The notes under the pieces were generated by a model. It was given only the letters and a program-made list of their open reading frames with translations, was not told the DNA's origin and did no database searches. From an uncultured Gemmatimonadales bacterium (GTDB lineage Bacteria > Gemmatimonadota > Gemmatimonadetes > Longimicrobiales > RSA9), in the NCBI GenBank assembly GCA_963741945.1, contig CAVUKA010000003.1:480001-544000 (forward strand): a stretch of DNA of 64,000 bases. The letters run 5' to 3'. The position numbers were made by a program, and so were the translations under genes. Each line of letters starts with the position of its first letter. The stretch's first letter is position 1. This document shows positions 60,571 through 64,000 of this stretch, in pieces.

Positions 60571-61854
60571 CTACATGGCCTCGAGCGCCTGCTCGAGGTC
60601 GGCGATGATGTCCTCGGGGTGCTCCACACCCACGGAGATCCGGATCATGGCGGGCGTGATGCCGATCGCCGCCTGGTGGGCCGGCTCGACGTCGGCGTGG
60701 GTCATCGTGGCCGGGTGCTCGATGAGCGTCTCCGTCCCTCCCAGGCTGACCGCCAGCTTCGCGATCCGGAGCGCGTTCAGGACGCGAAACGCTTCCGCCT
60801 CACCGCCATCCACCTCGAAGGCGAAGGTCCCCCCCGGTGCGATGCATTGCCGCTGATAGACTGCGTGTTGCGGGTCATCGCGGTCCAGGAATCCGAGATA
60901 ATGGACGTGGCGGACCTTGGGGTGATCGGCCAGGAACTCGGCCACATAGCGGGCGTTCTTCATCTGACTGGTCATGCGCAGCTTGAGCGTCTCGAGGGAG
61001 CGCATGAGCAGCCACCCTGTCCACGGGTCGGCCATGGTGCCGAACATCGTGCGCATTCCCGCGACCTCCGCCACGCGGCCCTCATCACCCAGGACAGCCC
61101 CGGCAATGAGGTCGCTGTGCCCGCCCACGTACTTGGTCAGCGAGTAGATCACCAGGTCGGCCCCGTGCTCCAGCGGACGCTGCCAGAGCGGGCCGAGGAA
61201 CGTGTTGTCCACGACGACGACGGGGCGGCGGCCGTCGTCGTCGGCAGCGCTGGCGGCGAGCTCCGCGCAATGCTCGATGTCCACCAGCGCGTTCGTGGGG
61301 TTGGCCGGGGTTTCCACGAAGATCACCGCCACGCGACCTGCCTTCTTCGCCTCCTCGACGGCGCCCTCGAGCGCCCCTTCCGCGCCGGCCCGGAAGCCGA
61401 AGCGCTTGATGCCGAACTGGGGCAGGATCTTGAGCAGGAGGAACTCGGTACCGCCGTACACGGGCTCGCTGTGCACGATGCAGTCGCCCGGCCGGAGGAA
61501 CGTGAAGAACGTGGTGGCCAGCGCGGCCATGCCGCTGGAGAAGACCAGCGACCGCTCCGCGCCGTCCCAGAGCGCCAGCCGGTCCTCGAGGATCTCCAGG
61601 TCCGGGTTGTTGAGCCGCGAGTAGATCAGGCCCGGCTGCTCGGCCGGGTGCGGCTCCCGAAGCCCGTACGCCAGCTCGAAAAAGGCCTTCCCCTCCTCGG
61701 CGCTCTTGAAGACGAACGTGGAGGTCTGGAAGATCGGACACTTCACCGACCCCTCGGAGAGGTGGGGGTTGTAGCCGTACCCCATCATCAGCGTCTCGGG
61801 ACGCAGGTCGTGCCCGCCGATCCTGCGATGCTTCGTATCCTTCGATTCACTCAT
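60571..61854 (-). CDS. Cystathionine gamma-synthase / methionine gamma-lyase family PLP enzyme
   Basis: YSRLNNP, FSSGMAA, ETPANP, DNTF, SLTKY, VSLGG. Confidence 0.9.
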   Translation of the reverse strand: MSESKDTKHRRIGGHDLRPETLMMGYGYNPHLSEGSVKCPIFQTSTFVFKSAEEGKAFFELAYGLREPHPAEQPGLIYSRLNNPDLEILEDRLALWDGAERSLVFSSGMAALATTFFTFLRPGDCIVHSEPVYGGTEFLLLKILPQFGIKRFGFRAGAEGALEGAVEEAKKAGRVAVIFVETPANPTNALVDIEHCAELAASAADDDGRRPVVVVDNTFLGPLWQRPLEHGADLVIYSLTKYVGGHSDLIAGAVLGDEGRVAEVAGMRTMFGTMADPWTGWLLMRSLETLKLRMTSQMKNARYVAEFLADHPKVRHVHYLGFLDRDDPQHAVYQRQCIAPGGTFAFEVDGGEAEAFRVLNALRIAKLAVSLGGTETLIEHPATMTHADVEPAHQAAIGITPAMIRISVGVEHPEDIIADLEQALEAM

Positions 61855-61950
61855 GGTCGACTCCGGTGACGTGGCTGGGCTTCGCCCGGATAGCGTAGCA
61901 TCATCCCGCCCTGCTTGCGAGCCGCGCGACGGCCGTCCAGCTTCGATGCC

Positions 61951-62886
61951 GTGAGCGATTCGAGAGAGGAAGCCCGGTTCCGCGAGATCCACCGCCGCGT
62001 CCACGCGGAGCACCCGCGCTGCCAGGCGGACGAATGGCTGTCGGAGCCGTGTCGAGTGCGGGACGGGACCGCGGCCGATCGGCCCATTTCCTGGTCGCGA
62101 CGCAACGGGCCGTGGAGGCGCGTGGACGTGCTGTGGGTTGGCGCGGCGCCGGGGAACGCCGGCGGGCGGGGCCACGGGAGCATGGGGGCCCACGCCACGC
62201 GCATTCCCTTCGGCGGCGACATCGCCGGCGGAAACCTCGACGTGCTCCTCTCCGCCGCCGGGCTCGACCGCAATCGCACGTTCATCGTCGCGGCGCTCAA
62301 CCAGCTGCCGGAACGTGGTGGTGGCGAGCCGCGCGTTGCCGAGCTGCGCGCCCCTGTCGGGGACTACGCGTCCAGCTTCCACGTGCTCCGGGACACGATC
62401 ATCGCGGCCGGGCCCAGGCTCCTCGTCGCCCTCGGCAACGTGGCCATCCGGAGCACCCTTGCCGCCGCGCGGCTGGCGGCGCGGCCCCGGCTCACGCTCC
62501 CGGGGCTCGTGAAGCCGGACGCGGCCGGGCTGGAGCGCGGGCGGGCCGCGCCTTGGCCTGACGACTTCCCGCCGGACGACGAATTCGAATGCACCTGGCG
62601 CGAGGCGTGGGGCGACGCTCCATATCCGCGGCTCCTCTGGCTCCTGCACCCGAGCGCCCAGAACATGAGCCCGTACGCGGGCACGGACACGGTCTTCCAC
62701 GGCCGCATGGTGGAGACGGTGAGGCAGCTGCGGACGGCAATGGAAGACGTGCTCGGCCGGCCGCCGCCGCAGCCGCGCCCATCCATCCCCTCCGGTCCCG
62801 GGATCTACGCGCTCCGTGAATGGCGGGACGCCGTGGGCGAGCGCCACGCCGAGCTGGACCGGCTCTGGCGCGACAAGGGCGTTTGA
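61951..62886 (+). CDS. Divergent uracil-DNA glycosylase superfamily protein
   Basis: VLWVGAAPG (motif A-like), PFGGDIAG, LVALGNVA, LLHPS (motif B-like). Confidence 0.7.
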   Translation: MSDSREEARFREIHRRVHAEHPRCQADEWLSEPCRVRDGTAADRPISWSRRNGPWRRVDVLWVGAAPGNAGGRGHGSMGAHATRIPFGGDIAGGNLDVLLSAAGLDRNRTFIVAALNQLPERGGGEPRVAELRAPVGDYASSFHVLRDTIIAAGPRLLVALGNVAIRSTLAAARLAARPRLTLPGLVKPDAAGLERGRAAPWPDDFPPDDEFECTWREAWGDAPYPRLLWLLHPSAQNMSPYAGTDTVFHGRMVETVRQLRTAMEDVLGRPPPQPRPSIPSGPGIYALREWRDAVGERHAELDRLWRDKGV

Positions 62887-62972
62887 GGGCCGGAGAACAG
62901 ATCGGCGGTAACGCGTTCGGCGCGAAAGTCAAGCGGTTGATGGGCAGCGCCCGAGCGTTTACCGTTCGGGCC

Positions 62973-63290
62973 ATGATCTATCCCAGGCGACAGACACTGC
63001 TTCGGAGCCGGATCCCGACGGTCCGTGTCCGCCTTGCCACCGACAATGGCGAGACGAGCCTGCGCGTGCGCTGGCGCGAGCGCCCCATCGACCTCCAGCG
63101 CCGCATCCTCTACCTGTTGCGACAGGGCAAGCCGATCTGGCTCGAGGACGAATGGGGACACGGGATCTGCTTCAAGCCCGAGTGCGTCTGGGGCGCGGCC
63201 GTGGACGGCCGCACGGACGCGCAGACGGCAGGGGTCAGCGACGCGGTGCGTCCTGGCGGGGTGCGTCCTTCTCCCGCGCCGGGGCGGTGA
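62973..63290 (+). CDS. Small hypothetical protein
   Basis: MIYPRRQTLLRSRIP...WLEDEWGHG looks coding; start uncertain; 3' end overlaps the convergent gene. Confidence 0.45.
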   Translation: MIYPRRQTLLRSRIPTVRVRLATDNGETSLRVRWRERPIDLQRRILYLLRQGKPIWLEDEWGHGICFKPECVWGAAVDGRTDAQTAGVSDAVRPGGVRPSPAPGR

Positions 63291-63936
63291 ACACCACCGG
63301 GATGCGAACGATCACGCGCACGGCCTGATCCCGGTTGCGGGCAGGGCGGAACCGCATCGCCTCCGCCACTTCCAGTGCCAGCGTGTCCAGCGCCGGGTGC
63401 CCGCACGATGCAGAGAGCACCCCCCGCACTACCCGCCCTTCCTCATCCAGCCACAGGCGCAGCACTGACTCGCCCGCGACGCCCCGCGCCGCCAGCTCCT
63501 GGGGGTAGCGCTCCTTGATCAACGCTTTCACATCGGCCGTGTTCAGCAACGCCGGGAGCGTGTACTCCACCTGGAACGGCTGGAAGTCCGACAGCGGTGC
63601 CGGCGCCGGTCCGGGCAGCGCGTCGAGTGTGATGTCCAGCCGGAGCTGCCGACCGGCCGGGATCGACACCACCACGTCCACGGAGTCGTGGCCCGGGTGC
63701 GCCACGCGCAGCCGCCAGCGCCCCGGCTCGATCCCATCCAGCCGATAGCTGCCATCGGCATCCGTCCAGTCGGAAACGGTGTCGCCCAGGATGCGCACGT
63801 GGGCGTACGCGATCGCATGCCCATCGTCCGAGCTCCGGACGACGCCGGAGACCGAGCCCACCGCACCCACCGCACCCTGCCCCGCCGGCGATGATAGCAG
63901 TGCCACCGACAGGAGCGCGGCCGTCCATATGCTCAT
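63235..63936 (-). CDS. TonB-family protein with a carboxypeptidase-regulatory-like (CarboxypepD_reg) domain
   Basis: Signal peptide; VSGVV...TDADGSYRL; C-terminal YP...GVAG, SCGHPALD, FRPA...IPVVF. Confidence 0.82.
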   Translation of the reverse strand: MSIWTAALLSVALLSSPAGQGAVGAVGSVSGVVRSSDDGHAIAYAHVRILGDTVSDWTDADGSYRLDGIEPGRWRLRVAHPGHDSVDVVVSIPAGRQLRLDITLDALPGPAPAPLSDFQPFQVEYTLPALLNTADVKALIKERYPQELAARGVAGESVLRLWLDEEGRVVRGVLSASCGHPALDTLALEVAEAMRFRPARNRDQAVRVIVRIPVVFTAPAREKDAPRQDAPRR

Positions 63937-64000
63937 GGCCAGATCAGCTCCCCACCCGACTCCCGCGCGGGCACGAGCGCCCGCAGCTTCCCGTCCGACA

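Overview
Very GC-rich bacterial chromosomal window. The gene content and style suggest Gemmatimonadota, which is an inference only. About 57 CDSs are supported. Housekeeping genes: thiG-thiS-thiE, fmt, def, yajC, tgt, queA, lepB, yebC, rpsU, a DEAD-box helicase, an EF-G paralog, ddl, sucA. DNA-repair genes are dense: ruvCA and a separated ruvB, a LigC-type ligase, imuA-imuB(frameshifted)-dnaE2 with a PA0069-type radical SAM, mutS, and a divergent UDG-fold protein. There are also envelope lipoproteins and peptidases, a polyferredoxin/CtaG/YtkA-like module, two histidine kinases and a sigma-28-family factor. I found no rRNA, tRNA, CRISPR array, integrase or transposase. The most interesting signals are non-coding. 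(1) A direct repeat TTCGG-N6-TTCGG occurs four times at the dnaE2, imuA and ruvB promoters and is a candidate new SOS-type operator. (2) A ~93-nt structured motif occurs twice (6108-6200 and 24043-24135), each time next to GCGGAG-type repeats; the second copy sits between two oppositely oriented tandem arrays. (3) A 271-bp inverted-repeat-bounded structured element lies between imuA and an MBL gene. (4) A short ORF ending in PPPG lies in the yebC leader. (5) Sigma-54 promoters precede a DUF3618/holin-like/DUF883 cluster and the sigma-28 gene. All calls were made by eye from the sequence and the ORF track; no searches were run.
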